In this document: positions 1 through 11,650 of the stretch, in pieces | How positions within the stretch are numbered: the first letter of the stretch is position 1 | Layout: each line of letters opens with the position of its first letter | Assembly (NCBI GenBank): GCA_013115145.1 | Contig: JAAPAO010000068.1 | Span: 1-64,000 of the forward strand | Length of the DNA: 64,000 nucleotides | Direction: 5' to 3' | From: Perkinsus chesapeaki ATCC PRA-425 | Taxonomy: Eukaryota > Protista > Perkinsozoa | Notes under the pieces: generated by a model | What the model was told of the DNA's origin: nothing | Database searches by the model: none | What the model saw: only the letters and a program-made list of their open reading frames with translations | Translations under genes and position numbers: made by a program

Positions 1-557
1 CCCCCCCCCACCCCCGCGCCCCCCCCCGCCCCCCCCTCCGCCACCATCGCTGCCCCAATCGGTTCCCCCTCCGCCACCATCGCTGCCCCAATCGGTTCCC
101 CCTCCGCCACCATCGCTGCCCCAATCGGTTCCTCCTCCGCCACCATCGCTGCCCCAATCGGTTCCTACTCCGCCACCATCGGTTCCTCCTTCACCACCAC
201 CGCTATCTCCTCCCCAATCATTTCCTTCTCCACCACTATCGCCACCCCAGTCTGTGCCTCCCCCACTATTATCATCTCCCCAGCCGCCGCCACCATCGCC
301 ACCGCCGCCTGCGTCATCCTAAACAAACATCAAAGTCACTCATTCCTACCATCACTTACTCCGAATGGGTTAGCCCCATCAAACGGGTTGGACCTAAAAC
401 ACACAGTACCATACAACAGAAAAGACCCTTCCCTCACTCGTCCGGGCCGCCTCCTGAAACGGGATGCTATCCAGTCGGCATTAAGTTTTATCTTACCTGT
501 GACTGCCACCAAGAGAACAGTTATAATGCAGACCCGCAGGGCCCTTGTGTAGAACAT
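1..557 (-). CDS. Secreted glycine-rich protein, paralogue 1 (3' end runs off the window start)
   Basis: Exon 1 557-497 encodes signal-peptide-like MFYTRALRVCIITVLLVAVTG. GT-AG introns (first is 496-454, 43 nt) join GGPDE, SNPFDGANPFG and then DDAGGGGDGGGGWGDDNSGGGTDWGG...(GTDWGSDGGGG)n. Confidence 0.8.
32..163. repeat. 33-bp coding tandem repeat, 4 copies plus degenerate flanks
   Basis: Unit ccccctccgccaccatcgctgccccaatcggtt at 32, 65, 98 and 131. It encodes GTDWGSDGGGG on the minus strand. Confidence 0.9.
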
Positions 558-614
558 GGGACAAGACAGAACAACTGCGACGATGGGAGTGGTAAACAGA
601 TCCCCACGACCACG

Positions 615-1950
615 ATGGCTGAAGATGATAAGGGGCCTTCAAAAAGAAGAATAAAACTTGACTGGAAATCGAGTTCCGTACGGAAGAGCACGAACGATTA
701 TGAAGAACTGTGTAAAAACGGTCAGTGCGCGAGAAAATCCGAGATAATCGACGCACAATTGCCGGGCATATTGTCAATTGTTGCTTCTAGTGGCGAAGGT
801 CCTTAATGGATACCTTTACGCGATACAGGGCCACCACATATCATCCCAATCCAGTAGTGAGCAGCGCCTACCAAAAGAGCGAGGCTCAAAGGATGAGGAA
901 AAGCCTCGGAAATGTGACCTCCGAGGTAAACCGCAGGGGGCTCTCCGGGGGGACTTCGCAGTCGCAAACTGCACTGATTTCACACTTATAAGCATCGACG
1001 TGGCATCTCGGTGACTCTGGATGGAATCTTGGAGTGCAGGTATTCCGAATGCATCGCTCACCGGTCTACAACTCTTGGCGAGAAAAGTTGCTGCCAAGCC
1101 AGGTGTGGGGACACAGTAGACAGGGAAGGGTCATCAGGGCCGCTAGGTCACCATTCACACCGACATTGCTCAAGTACATATTATGTCAGACAAAAACCAA
1201 TGCCGTCCAATCCTAAATTTCGAGGCGCTGCTGCGGAGAGCACTCGAGGAATCTGCCACACTAATTTGCCGAGCCCCGAAACCGCAAGAACATTATCATC
1301 GGAGCGGAAACTCCTTCGAGTAGATCGCCTTCAAGGCAACCTGCTGGTGGTGATCCCCGAGCTGTCAGGATTGCCGCTTCCGCCGGTCCTTAACAAGCGC
1401 TTCCGCGTTAAATCAAGCACCGCACCCGCCCATCAGGGCCCGCAGCGCTCTTACACGGTCGAAGTCTTCTTTTTGTTACGTAGAAATCAGTCCAGAAGAA
1501 GTCCAGGCGATGGGTGAGCCATAACTGGGCTATTACGATTGACACTGTCCTGTTCAGATGATTCGACAATTGCTGCGATGCTCAAGTCAAAGCAACAAGC
1601 CGCAAGAGAGATAGAGCAAAAGCTAGATCAAACTCTTTACGAGGTAGTAGTCTCTCCTCAAGCAACACCCCGACCCTCGTAATAGGTGCAAGTTCTGAGT
1701 CATCAACAACAGTCTCGACCGGATACAGCTCCTCAGCGCCCTCATGGTCATCCTCACTTTACGGTACCACATCACGCACCCAATATCGCGACGATTTCCG
1801 CTGTCAGGTTCCTGCGAAGCCCGTCGTTGGTCTGGAGCGTCCCAACACCGCTCCTCATGGGGATGTCTGGCAAGAATACTCGCCAAATCGCATGGTAGCC
1901 CGCCCACTGCTGAGCTTGAGCAGTCGCTGTCTTTCTTCAGTCTGATGTCT
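615..1950 (+). CDS. Hypothetical multi-exon protein
   Basis: ATG at 615 (MAEDDKGPSKRRIKLDWK). GT..AG junctions join the 615 and 778 ORFs in frame. No recognisable domain; the 3' end is uncertain. Confidence 0.35.
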
Positions 1951-2100
1951 TAGAAGATGATATGTCAAACCGGCTGCCTTACCATGCCGGCACAATTTGT
2001 GTGTGAGTGTCTCCAACGAATCTTGCGTTCAACGAAGTTACTAGAACTTGACACTTCCTCTGGAGAAAATAATTATTATTCACCATGCAGCTATTGTCAT

Positions 2101-5100
2101 TAACAACAAGTGAAATCCTCCATACCGCAGTCCATTGCCATCATCGACGCATTGCTGCCGACACTCTCTCGCGCTCGGCGGCGGCGGCGGTCAAGGCCTT
2201 CACCCTCCTCTGCGGACTCTTCAATCTCGACATCAGCGAGGTCGGGTGTCATGGCTGTTGGTACGTTGAATGCCTCGAAGTCGTCACCAGGATCTTCCCA
2301 CAGCCCTCTGGTTCGCTCTTCCTCGGTAATGAATTCCTAACAGCGCACTATCATCAGCACAATCCCCTTGTTGTTGCTCACCATTGTTATCCACCTATCC
2401 CCCAGCTCAAAAAGGAGATCATAGGAAGGCACCAATGCAGGAGTCTCCTCCGTGCCCCCAGATGCCTCCTTCAATAGAGCGACCTGACGCCACAACGCGC
2501 ACTAGGAAGACTTGACAATGCGGAAAACGCCAATTATACACTTGAGACCATAATCGCCATTGTAAATTTTCTGTTATATACAGTACAGTATCGTACAAGG
2601 GGCTACCTTTTCGTATCAAGTCTTACTGTAAGTCAGCGATGACTATATTATCATTTTCAGAACACATAGGTGCAGCGTTCAAGTGGAAGTCTATACCGAC
2701 TTTTCGTTCGATCATCTCCTCAGTGCTAACCTCCTTGTTCCCCTGCAGCTGTGTTCCCTTCTCTCGTCGGAGTTTCTCCTACACAACAATTCACTCAACA
2801 ACCGCCTCGCAGGGCCCACCAGCAGTGCTTGCTTCGTTGCTATGGAAGCCTTCAAAGCTTCGACTCTTCGAGTGGCGTTTTCGACTGACGCCTTGCTCGG
2901 GCGGATCAGCCCTCGGTAGCAGAGTTCAAGTCGAGCTTGCTGCCTCAATAACATGCATTTCGTGGAGATGCCGAGAATGCTCTCCCCTCGCCAGGCCACG
3001 ATCTAATAGAGCCTGTTCCAGGAGCCTTTCGGGCATCACGTACCATATTGTCGGCGAAGCTAAGCAGTGCCTGGTGGCTAGCTGACAGGCTCACCCTACC
3101 GGCACCCTCAAAATAGAGCTTTCGAACGGCATCAACGATTCTAAGCCAGCATGAGCGCGGCCGTCGAATGAAGCCAGATCCTCACCTGGTAAAGGCTTCA
3201 GCGTAGAGATGGTGGTCATAGGCGTCTCCGGGCAGGCGGTTGTGGAGTATCTTCTTCAGATCCTAAAATCAACTGGCCATCGGAAGACCCAGGTTCGAAT
3301 CCCAGTCGCACCTCGGCAATCTGCTCTATCCTCAGGAGCCCCTTGCTCAAGAGGATGTTCGAAAGCTTGTCGCGCCCCGGAGGACGGTTGGCCAGACCTG
3401 CCACAGCTAACCCATCTGCAATCCCATAGTCCACACTTTGTAGCATCTCCGCGCTCTTAACAGGCTCGTTGTGTCGCTGTCCCCTCTGGACACAATCCAT
3501 CATTGGACCACTCGACTGGGGGACTTCTCGAGCATTCCGAGCAGCCTGACACCGACTGCCGCCAGTAACTGGCATTTCGACCTACCACATCAGAGAGCAT
3601 GCTAGCATAGAAGCTGGTGTAGGAGCGAGCTGAGCCCTCAACTGGCGAGTCGGACGCGGTCTGAAGGCACGAATATCTCGCTATGACAGCCCGCGGCCTC
3701 GTCCCACCTCTTGTGTCTGAATCGGCGTGGTCGGGTTCCATCGTCCAGAGTTGTCTGAAGCGTAGCCCTCCAGCTCCGTGATTCCTGCCAGCGGCCTCAG
3801 ACCTGCGGCGCGTGAAATCTCACCTCGATGCGAGGGGGCGCTGGGCTCCATTACTCGGGGGTTAAGGGATGGATAACTGAATCTAGCGGCATAGATGACT
3901 AACAGTGGAAACAGCATCCTACGAGACACCGCTGTCCGGTCGAGTCTGCCAAGTGCCTTCCGAACCACCACTTAATGGAGCATTGCTCACCGTGGGAGGC
4001 GCCTGAAGTGGGCCAAGGTAATGACCAGAGTACTGCAGCGGCATCTCTGCCATTAGCAAAAGTAATTCGATCCACAACCTCCCCAGTATTGGTTCGATGG
4101 ATAAGCTCCTAACGACACAGCCTTCCTTATCGACACCCTGTCCAGATAGTAGTGGGATTTATATAAGGATCTTTGGCCACATCGTTGCCGACAAAACGTG
4201 CCATCAGTGGTCTCGCCCGACAGGCTCTTGCTTGAGAAAATAATATCCCCGATATTTAGCATACATACAATATACACTCCAATGCTCTCGACGATAACGC
4301 TACCCCACGGTCAAGCTCCTACCACACGCAGCCCAATCCGGTAGTGAAACCCACATGCTTTTCGATAACCTCTGTCGAGCGGGAGCGACCACGCTGCTGC
4401 TCACGGATAGAACTCACCGGCGGTTGGTAGCTCCGGGCACTCACTGGCGGCGGTGGCGGCGGGCCCTGGGATGCTCCGTAAGGCCTGTACCCAAACTCCG
4501 GCGACGTGTGCTGGCGAGTCGTGGACGAAAATGAAGGAGTCTGCCAACCGAAAGTATGATCATTCCGTAACGGGCCAGCGGTCCTACGGGGCCGGCTTCT
4601 TGTGTGGGCTGCCACTGCGTTTGTGACAGCTCATCGTCCAACGCAGCATCTGGATGCACTTGGAGGAGCTCATAGATTTTCACAACTTACTCCTTTCCCT
4701 ATTCCCTATCACCGAGGCCGGTGTTGGACGAGGATCGTAGTTCGCAAAGCTGTACCTGAGCTTGGATACCCGAGAGCGCCGCAGCCGGCGACTGTACTCG
4801 TTCCAGTTTGGCGGCTCTGAGGGGCGACTGGCGAGGTCAACGGTGGGGGCAACGCTGCGTGCCGAAGCCGAAGAACCCATTGCCTGATCGCAACAAGTTG
4901 TAGATCAACAAGCAGGGATAATCTGCATTCACTCTTTCTTGCTGCGCCACGAAATTCGGTGGTCCGGTGGTAGAGTAGGTCGGTTGGTCAGGGGACATGT
5001 GTTGATACAGGATCGGCGATGGGGACTGAAACCGGATAACGAAGTGGAGGATATCTTTTCCTTATATGGGTTCAGAAAGGGTTCTCAGTAGATATATCCT

Positions 5101-5970
5101 GGAGCTCTCTCTCCCTGTTTAAAATGCTTTATGGGGAATATGTATCACATCATCTAAGAATATAACAGCCTTCATCGTTGAGTCTGTATAAGTCGAGAAA
5201 AGGGACAATTCTATAAACGTTCCTCAACAGCGAAGGCTCTGCGAGATACACAGGCGCCCAAGGGCTTCCGCCACATAGTGCTTTGAGGCTACTCGCGACG
5301 AGCTCTACGGAACAAAGCGAACTGACATCCTGTTGGTCCTCCTCCAGCAGCAGCTCCTCCTCTTGCCATTGCGTGGGATAATCTTCTTCAACCACAGAGT
5401 CGGCAAGATTCACTTCTGAAGAAACCATCGCTCCACCAACCTCTACGGTAATAGATCACCTTCCTTATCGTTAGAGAGGTACACAGAGTCCGCAGATTCC
5501 AGCGAGGAGCGGTTGCCTTTTAACGCCACGTTCTCCTTGTCGTCGTTGGCCTAAGGCGACTCCTAACAAGGAGGCCTGATGAGCCTACCGGTTGAATGTC
5601 TGCTGCATTTCCTATTGAAACATCCTTTATCCCATGACGGAGCCTCGGCTGCGTTACGGGTAGCCTGAAGGAAGTCTAACGTAGACATTGAAAGCCGCTA
5701 ACCCACCGGCCGCCGGTCACTGTGTGCACTCGAGTCAGTCCCGGCGCTGCTCGGCCTTCCGCTGGGAAGACGGGGCCTAAGCGGAAGAAAGCTACCGCCA
5801 GACGACTGTAGTAAATTGCACCCGTGTGAGCTCTTGTTAGATGCCGTCTATTGGGGCTATCCACTCTTCGTCTTTTAGGAGAAACTGCTGAGCTGGTCTG
5901 ATGCTGCTGCGCTGCCGCTAGGTCAGCGGCCACTCTGGCACTTAGCCGCTCTCGAGTCGCCATTGCAGGA
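2101..5970 (-). CDS. Hypothetical multi-exon protein(s), coiled-coil with acidic C-terminus; may be two or more genes
   Basis: Spliceable exons include ...DLKKILHNRLPGDAYDHHLYAEAFTR, IVAWRGESILG...ATKQALL/EKLRREKG, and a terminal EFITEEERTRGLWEDPGDD...DFTCC* with stop at about 2101. The most 5' candidate start is MATRERLSAR near 5970. Confidence 0.45.
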
Positions 5971-6972
5971 CCAACAGGGCTCTCCCATGTGATAGACTCA
6001 GAACAAAAGCCAACAATGGCAGAGAATGTCCCACAAGGTGAGCTCTTCATAAAAGCGTGCATGACAAGAAGACACCAGAAACACACAACAACAGTTATAT
6101 TAAATCAAGTGATCAGCGGCGTCACTGCTCGATCTGGAACGTATAGTAGAAGTGAGGCGAACCTGAAAAGATAATTCCACGAGGGGTTCTTGAGGCCATT
6201 CATAGAGGACCTCGGGCCATTCGGGGTCGCTGCTATCGGAAAGATCGATGGATAAGACTTCGCAAGGCGACATGATCATGCCAGTGTCCAGAATAGACAG
6301 AGGCGGGCCTGAGGTTACCCGACCTAACCACGTCGAAGTGCAGACCTACTATCAGCCGTGATGTCCCTGGCCACACCAATGCGTACTGGATAGCTATTGC
6401 TGAACTCGGGAACGGATAGCAATGCGCTTTCTGGAAGCCCTACGATGTTTCGGAAATCTGTCTGGATTCCAGACTCCATTCTGTACTCGGGCTGCTCGGA
6501 AGATCGACAGTAGTTATACTGTTCATATCGTTTTCGCTACTAGGAGTGCCCAGTAACACCGATTCGCCCGAAGGGTAAAGGAAGCTCTGAAATCCGCAAG
6601 ACTCGGTGTCACAGGAAATTGTAAGGCGAAACCGTCAACGTATCTGCTTACAGCACCGTAACGAGCCGGCAATCATATATCATACAGAGCAGGGAAGTAA
6701 CATGATTGTGGCGTATTACCAAATATATCGGTACAACAATGGTATTGATGCCAGGCAGGAATGGTCCTCACTGAGGACTCCCCAGCAAAGGGAACTGCGA
6801 CACTTTTGGGGAAGGAAAGCGAGTCGCAGGTGGAGCTTTCGAGAAAGCACAGATATTGTTCTCCCTTCCACAAAAATAACCAACTACTTTCGCTTTCCGT
6901 TTCGGAAGAGCATCTACTAGGGCACAGGAGAGTAGAACATGAAAAGTTTTTTGGCCAATAAATCTATATTAA

Positions 6973-7057
6973 CCGGCAATAGCTCAGTTGGTAGAGCGTT
7001 CGACTGTAGTACGAACTAGACATCGAATGGTCCCTGGTTCGATTCCGGGTTGCCGGA
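6973..7057 (+). tRNA. trnY-GTA: tRNA-Tyr (GTA) with a 12-nt intron (7010-7021)
   Basis: Acceptor stem ccggcaa/ttgccgg; D arm gctcagttggtagagc; anticodon stem ttcga/tcgaa with loop CT-GTA-G; intron at canonical 37/38; T loop ggttcgattcc. Confidence 0.97.
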
Positions 7058-7471
7058 CTTATCCGAGAATAAGTGTTCTCACCTCTTCTCTCTCCGGATC
7101 TCGCCTATGCACTGGTACTAGCAATGGTAGCTCAACCAGAGGTACCTGAAGCTCCATTGCTTATCTTTCAGCACGTGACGATATATATAATTTTGTAACC
7201 GAGCAATTTCACGAAAAAAACTGGGCGACCGAAAAATAAACCACTGTTATACGTACAGTATCTGTCATGATTCATTCAGCCTAGAGGCTCAACTGTCAAA
7301 AGAAAATTAACAAATTGAAGGGCTTATTTGAAGAAGTTTCTGATATTCTATAATTTTGTAAAGAAGAGGTTTACATCCTGGGCACAGATAAAATGTGTAT
7401 ATAGATGCAGATCACACGCCAGCATCTGAACCCTACCCCATCGTCACTGGGCAACACAGCCACAGGAGTAC

Positions 7472-7900
7472 TCAAATCTGAATCAGGCTCTGGGTGAGGT
7501 TCTTCACGCGTAACATTCGGTGACGACTGATAGCTCGAACTAGACTCGACCCTCCGCCGCTTGGAACCCTCTGACGGTCCAACATCGGATTCCTTGCAGT
7601 GACCCCGCGGCATCTGGAGCGAAAGCCAATAACTGTTATCGCACCTAACCTACAGCGTGGCAACGAACTCACCTCTTCTTGTTGCTGAGGGGTATCAACT
7701 GCACCGCAGCAAGCTGGAATCTCTTCACCGGGTGTCTTGGGAAGCTCTGGAGAGCCAGTATTGGCATTGGGCGTGACTGCTGGGTACCAGTCCTGCTCAG
7801 CTATCAGGCCATTTCTTCAGGAGTGCCACTTACCTTAACCACAGGCCACTGGTCACTCTCCCGATCAACGCTGTTAGTCGCACGAGGGAAATCAGACATA
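7472..7900 (-). CDS. Small hypothetical spliced protein
   Basis: Strong donors (AAG|gtaagt, AG|gtgagt) link short open exons. The reading frame is ambiguous and no domain is recognised. Confidence 0.3.
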
Positions 7901-8198
7901 ATGAACGGCTATTCTACAGCTAGCACACCCGACTCTGGAGTACCCATGATTGAGATATGTGATTAACCAACGCAAAAGGTCGGGGGTAGGAGGAGCCTAC
8001 AAATGGGATGCCCTCCACTGGGGGGTATACTTCCAGAATAGTCTACTCGACTTGACAAGGCGGCTATAGAGCGTAGCATGATCACGTAACGTGACCAATT
8101 AAAAACGTCTATATCATCAGTCCGCATAGACCGGACAATAAAATTAATGAATGATGGGTGCATAAGCACTGGACTCACGACGACAAAATGTCACCTAC

Positions 8199-8415
8199 TC
8201 AGAAACCGCCGCCCCCACCACCACCGCCCTCGGGATCAGGCGTATCCTAAACACAAACATGCAGGCCAGCCATTACCATAAGAGCTCACTTTGGACGGGT
8301 GACCTCCTGAAACAAGCCATAAAACTATCTACTCGGCATTATGCTTAATCTTACCTGAGACTATCACCAAGAGAACAGTTATAATGCAGACTTGCAGGGC
8401 CCTTGTATAGCGCAT
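8199..8415 (-). CDS. Secreted glycine-rich protein, paralogue 2 (41-aa peptide)
   Basis: Exons 8415-8355, 8306-8290 and 8246-8199 give MRYTRALQVCIITVLLVIVSGGHPSKDTPDPEGGGGGGGGF*. Exon 1 has the same 61-nt length and intron phase as paralogues 1 and 3. Confidence 0.7.
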
Positions 8416-9514
8416 GGGGCAAATACAGGAAAACTGTAATGATGGGAGACTCGTATGTAATAAGGGTAATATACGTCGCCCTATAGAAATATGGTCCACT
8501 CTCCCCAGACATACGTAAGAGATCGTCTCCAACACTGTCACTTGCTCTTTGTTGATGACGAGACAAGGGAGCCAACAAATATTTCAGCCGTGAACGATTA
8601 CAGAGTAATCTCATGCACGCAAGCGCACCGCCTGAGCTAATCGCAGTGTGACCATGGCGCGGCGCATTGTGCCTGCGGGCGAAAAGCCTCGCTCGCAGAA
8701 AAAGAGGGCCTCGAGTAAACGAGCCATCAACAAACAAATAACGATCGACGCGGGGCTACCGATAACCTCGGGAGGTCGTCGGAATCACTCCTCCAGCCAG
8801 CCTCGCCATCTCGAGGTCTTCAACAACCAAAAGTGGAAGAGGTAGACCATAGGCGCTAACCGCATAGTCAGCCTATAACCCACACAGGTGGTACAGCAGC
8901 CGGCTGGTGGTGCTGCTGCTGCCCAGACACTGCATAGCATTCGACTCACTCTCGCACGGCGGCGATGCCGATGTGCACGCATGAACAAGGGATGGTGAGG
9001 CGCACCATCAACAAGGATCCCGATCATAATCGCTGGGAGGTTTCCGGGAGGTGGAGGCGTGACGTCGCGGCCGGCGAGGCGGCAGTGCTGTCACGTCACC
9101 CCTGGCCGCCAGTTTGGCGCCGGGCCGAGTGATCCTTGACCATTGCCAGCGGAAAGATAATAGAACCGGCATTGGCTTCGCAGCTGAGCGAAGCACGCCT
9201 CTATTTAGACCCTCCACTGCACAGCAGGACGATCTATCCTATATATCTAGCCCACTTGATATGTTTGCTCCGACTAGAGATCTACCAATTATAACCTTAC
9301 ACCTATGCGAAACCGGCTTGGGATTCGGACGATTTGCACTTGCATATATTCCAACACCGAACGCAACACGGATAGCCAATTCCTCCCTCCTGAAAACTTA
9401 TCCCCTCCTGATTAACGGTCCACCCAGGAGCTTGTTTTTGCCCATAATAGAAACGATACAAATGATTCAGTTCTCCAATAGTAGCATAATACAGTACAAT
9501 AGCGCAGGCGAATG

Positions 9515-10830
9515 TTACTCGACAGGCGGCAAGTGGGTGTCGCTCTGTCGGCCGCTGTATGGCTGCGCGGTCTTCTCATCGAACCCAAAGGAAGGCTCTC
9601 CCGCAGATCCCGCAGCAAACGGCGTTGGGGCCGGAGGAAGGCATACCGTGTCTCCCATTGATAAATCAATGTCCCAGTTGTATCTGACCAGCTACGAGCT
9701 AGCAGCTCGAGGCAACGGCAACAACTAGCTTACCTGAAGCTCGCGTGTAGGCGACGATTAACCCAATAGAAGACATAAAGGACAGCTAATTGGGGAACAA
9801 GGAGGCTGAAGCCTCGAGTCAGAATGAACCTGAGAAACCGCATAGGAATCCCTCCGAACTCCGTCACTTACGCAGCAGTCTCCGCCCATGGAGCATGAGC
9901 AAGAAAGTGCTCACAACTCTTAACGACCTCATCTCCTTCATCTTTCCTGGCGGCGATTATCAGTACTATGTCCCACACGACGGTTATGAATGCAGCTAGG
10001 GCCTCGAGGCCTACCAAAACCTACACTCAACCACATCTCCAATATAGGGTTCCGCGGAACTTCCGAGGAGCGGAGATGTTACTAGTGGGAGAGGGAATCG
10101 TAATACACCTTACTTCTGAGGGCAATTAATGCTACTCGATGATACATAGTGTAAATAAGTTCTACCACCACTATACCACCAACTCCAATGACTAACCCAA
10201 TATACAATCGACGCACCCAGCGATGTGTTAAAATATGGGCATGTAGGTGGCTAGTTAGAAAATGCAGACATAGCAGATTTCATTCCCTTCATAAAGTCAT
10301 GCTTGTACGAGCACTCCTCCAAGCGGCTTTAAGGCAGTCGCCATCCTGCTGGTGACGTGGGGCGCCGCCGCCGCAACGTTCGTATTGCGAAATTGTTCCT
10401 CCTTCACTCAAAAGGCCATTAGGAAGTTGCAATAATTTATATTCAATAATACTCCATCATGGGGCAGTAGTAACAATAATATATTTTATCCATCTTGGGG
10501 GTTATCTTTAAATATTATATTAGTAATTGATATACTAATTAGTACTTGATTAGAAAGTATGGTGCAAACATAGATTGCAACCAACAATAGACATGCTACC
10601 GGCAACCGCTTCAAGGGTATCTAAATCACTGCTTGAATGTTCTTAACAAACCGCGATTTATGCCAAACCCTACAGCTACTGATAGTAGGTTTTCCTGTGT
10701 TCGCTCCAGACCCTCGTCCTCTACTATTCCGGCTCCCGTCAGAGCAGGCGAAGGCGAAACGCCCGAATCGATGGAGATGCCGTGTGGTCAGGCAGCTCGC
10801 ATCGAACGCCTGGAAGAGCCCGAGTTGGAA
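9515..10830 (-). pseudogene. Partial, probably pseudogenised copy of the membrane-protein gene at 13.1-15.3 kb
   Basis: 9401-10045 is near-identical to 13013-13657 at a constant 3612-nt offset. The upstream homologous exon carries TGA at 10790-10788 where the other copy has CGG. No copy of the 5' TM exons is seen. Confidence 0.6.
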
Positions 10831-11254
10831 CTCCGGCAAAAGAGAGCGGAACCGAAGCCTTCGAAAGGTCAGCGTCTCTCAAGCAGGTAATGCCAGAATA
10901 TTACAAATGATGATTCTACACTGTAGAATCTACAGCAACGTTCACCCCCGCTTTGAGCCTCATCAAAAGAAGCCACCAGATTGACGGTTAAATCAACAGA
11001 TCTTGTAGCGGAAGCGGTAGTTAGTTCTCGCGGGAATTCGTTATCGAAACTGAGACGCAGGCTACAGGGTGGAACTTGGTCAAATAAGCATGATTGAATA
11101 AAAACGCCTAGATCAGTGAGACCAGACGAAGGAAAAAGGATGATGCGTGCGGAAGCACCGTGTAAGTCGGCACGGCAGAGACTCTGCCGCAGAGCTGTTG
11201 TCGCACTGGTGAATTTTGGCGACTCGTTTACTTCGGCACGGTACTATCATCATC

Positions 11255-11650
11255 TTAGCGGCCAGAAGCACCATGGGGACTTCCCCCGTAGCCACCGGAA
11301 GCACCATGGGGACTTCCCCCGTCGCCACCGGAAGCACCATGGGGACTTCCCCCGTAGCCACCGGAAGAACCATGGGGACTCCCCCCGTCGCCACCGGAGG
11401 CACCATGGGGACTTCCTTCGCCGGCCAAACCACTACGGAGTACTCTCCTACCAGGCTCATCGTGACCACTACTATCACTACCGTAACCACTACTACCACC
11501 GTCACCACCGTGACCACCGTCACCTCCTCTGCAGCCACCCACTGAAACATGACAGAATTTCGTCTACTCGGCATTATGTATTATATCACCTGGTTCTGCC
11601 AGCAACAGAACGGCTATAATGCAAACTCGCAGAGCCTCTATGTAACGCAT
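11255..11650 (-). CDS. Secreted glycine-rich protein, paralogue 3 (Gly/Ser/His/Tyr repeats)
   Basis: Exon 1 11650-11590 encodes MRYIEALRVCIIAVLLLAEP; a 48-nt intron follows; exon 2 11541-11255 encodes VGGCRGGDGGHGG...RRVLRS... then five GSPHG(A/S)SG(G/R) repeats and a stop. Confidence 0.85.
11265..11415. repeat. 30-bp coding tandem repeat, about 5 copies
   Basis: caccatggggacttcccccg(t)a/cgccaccggaag units encode GGSPHGASGG(D/Y) on the minus strand. Confidence 0.9.

Noticed and set aside
9114-9728. 204-aa plus-strand ORF and its copy at 12990-13340
   Set aside because: It is antisense to exons with canonical minus-strand splice sites, and the copy differences seen in the neighbouring TM exon are synonymous in the minus-strand frame.
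11113-11619. His-rich, Thr-rich and Val-rich ORFs
   Set aside because: These are shadow frames of the Gly-rich repeat exon. Only the Gly frame splices to the conserved leader exon.
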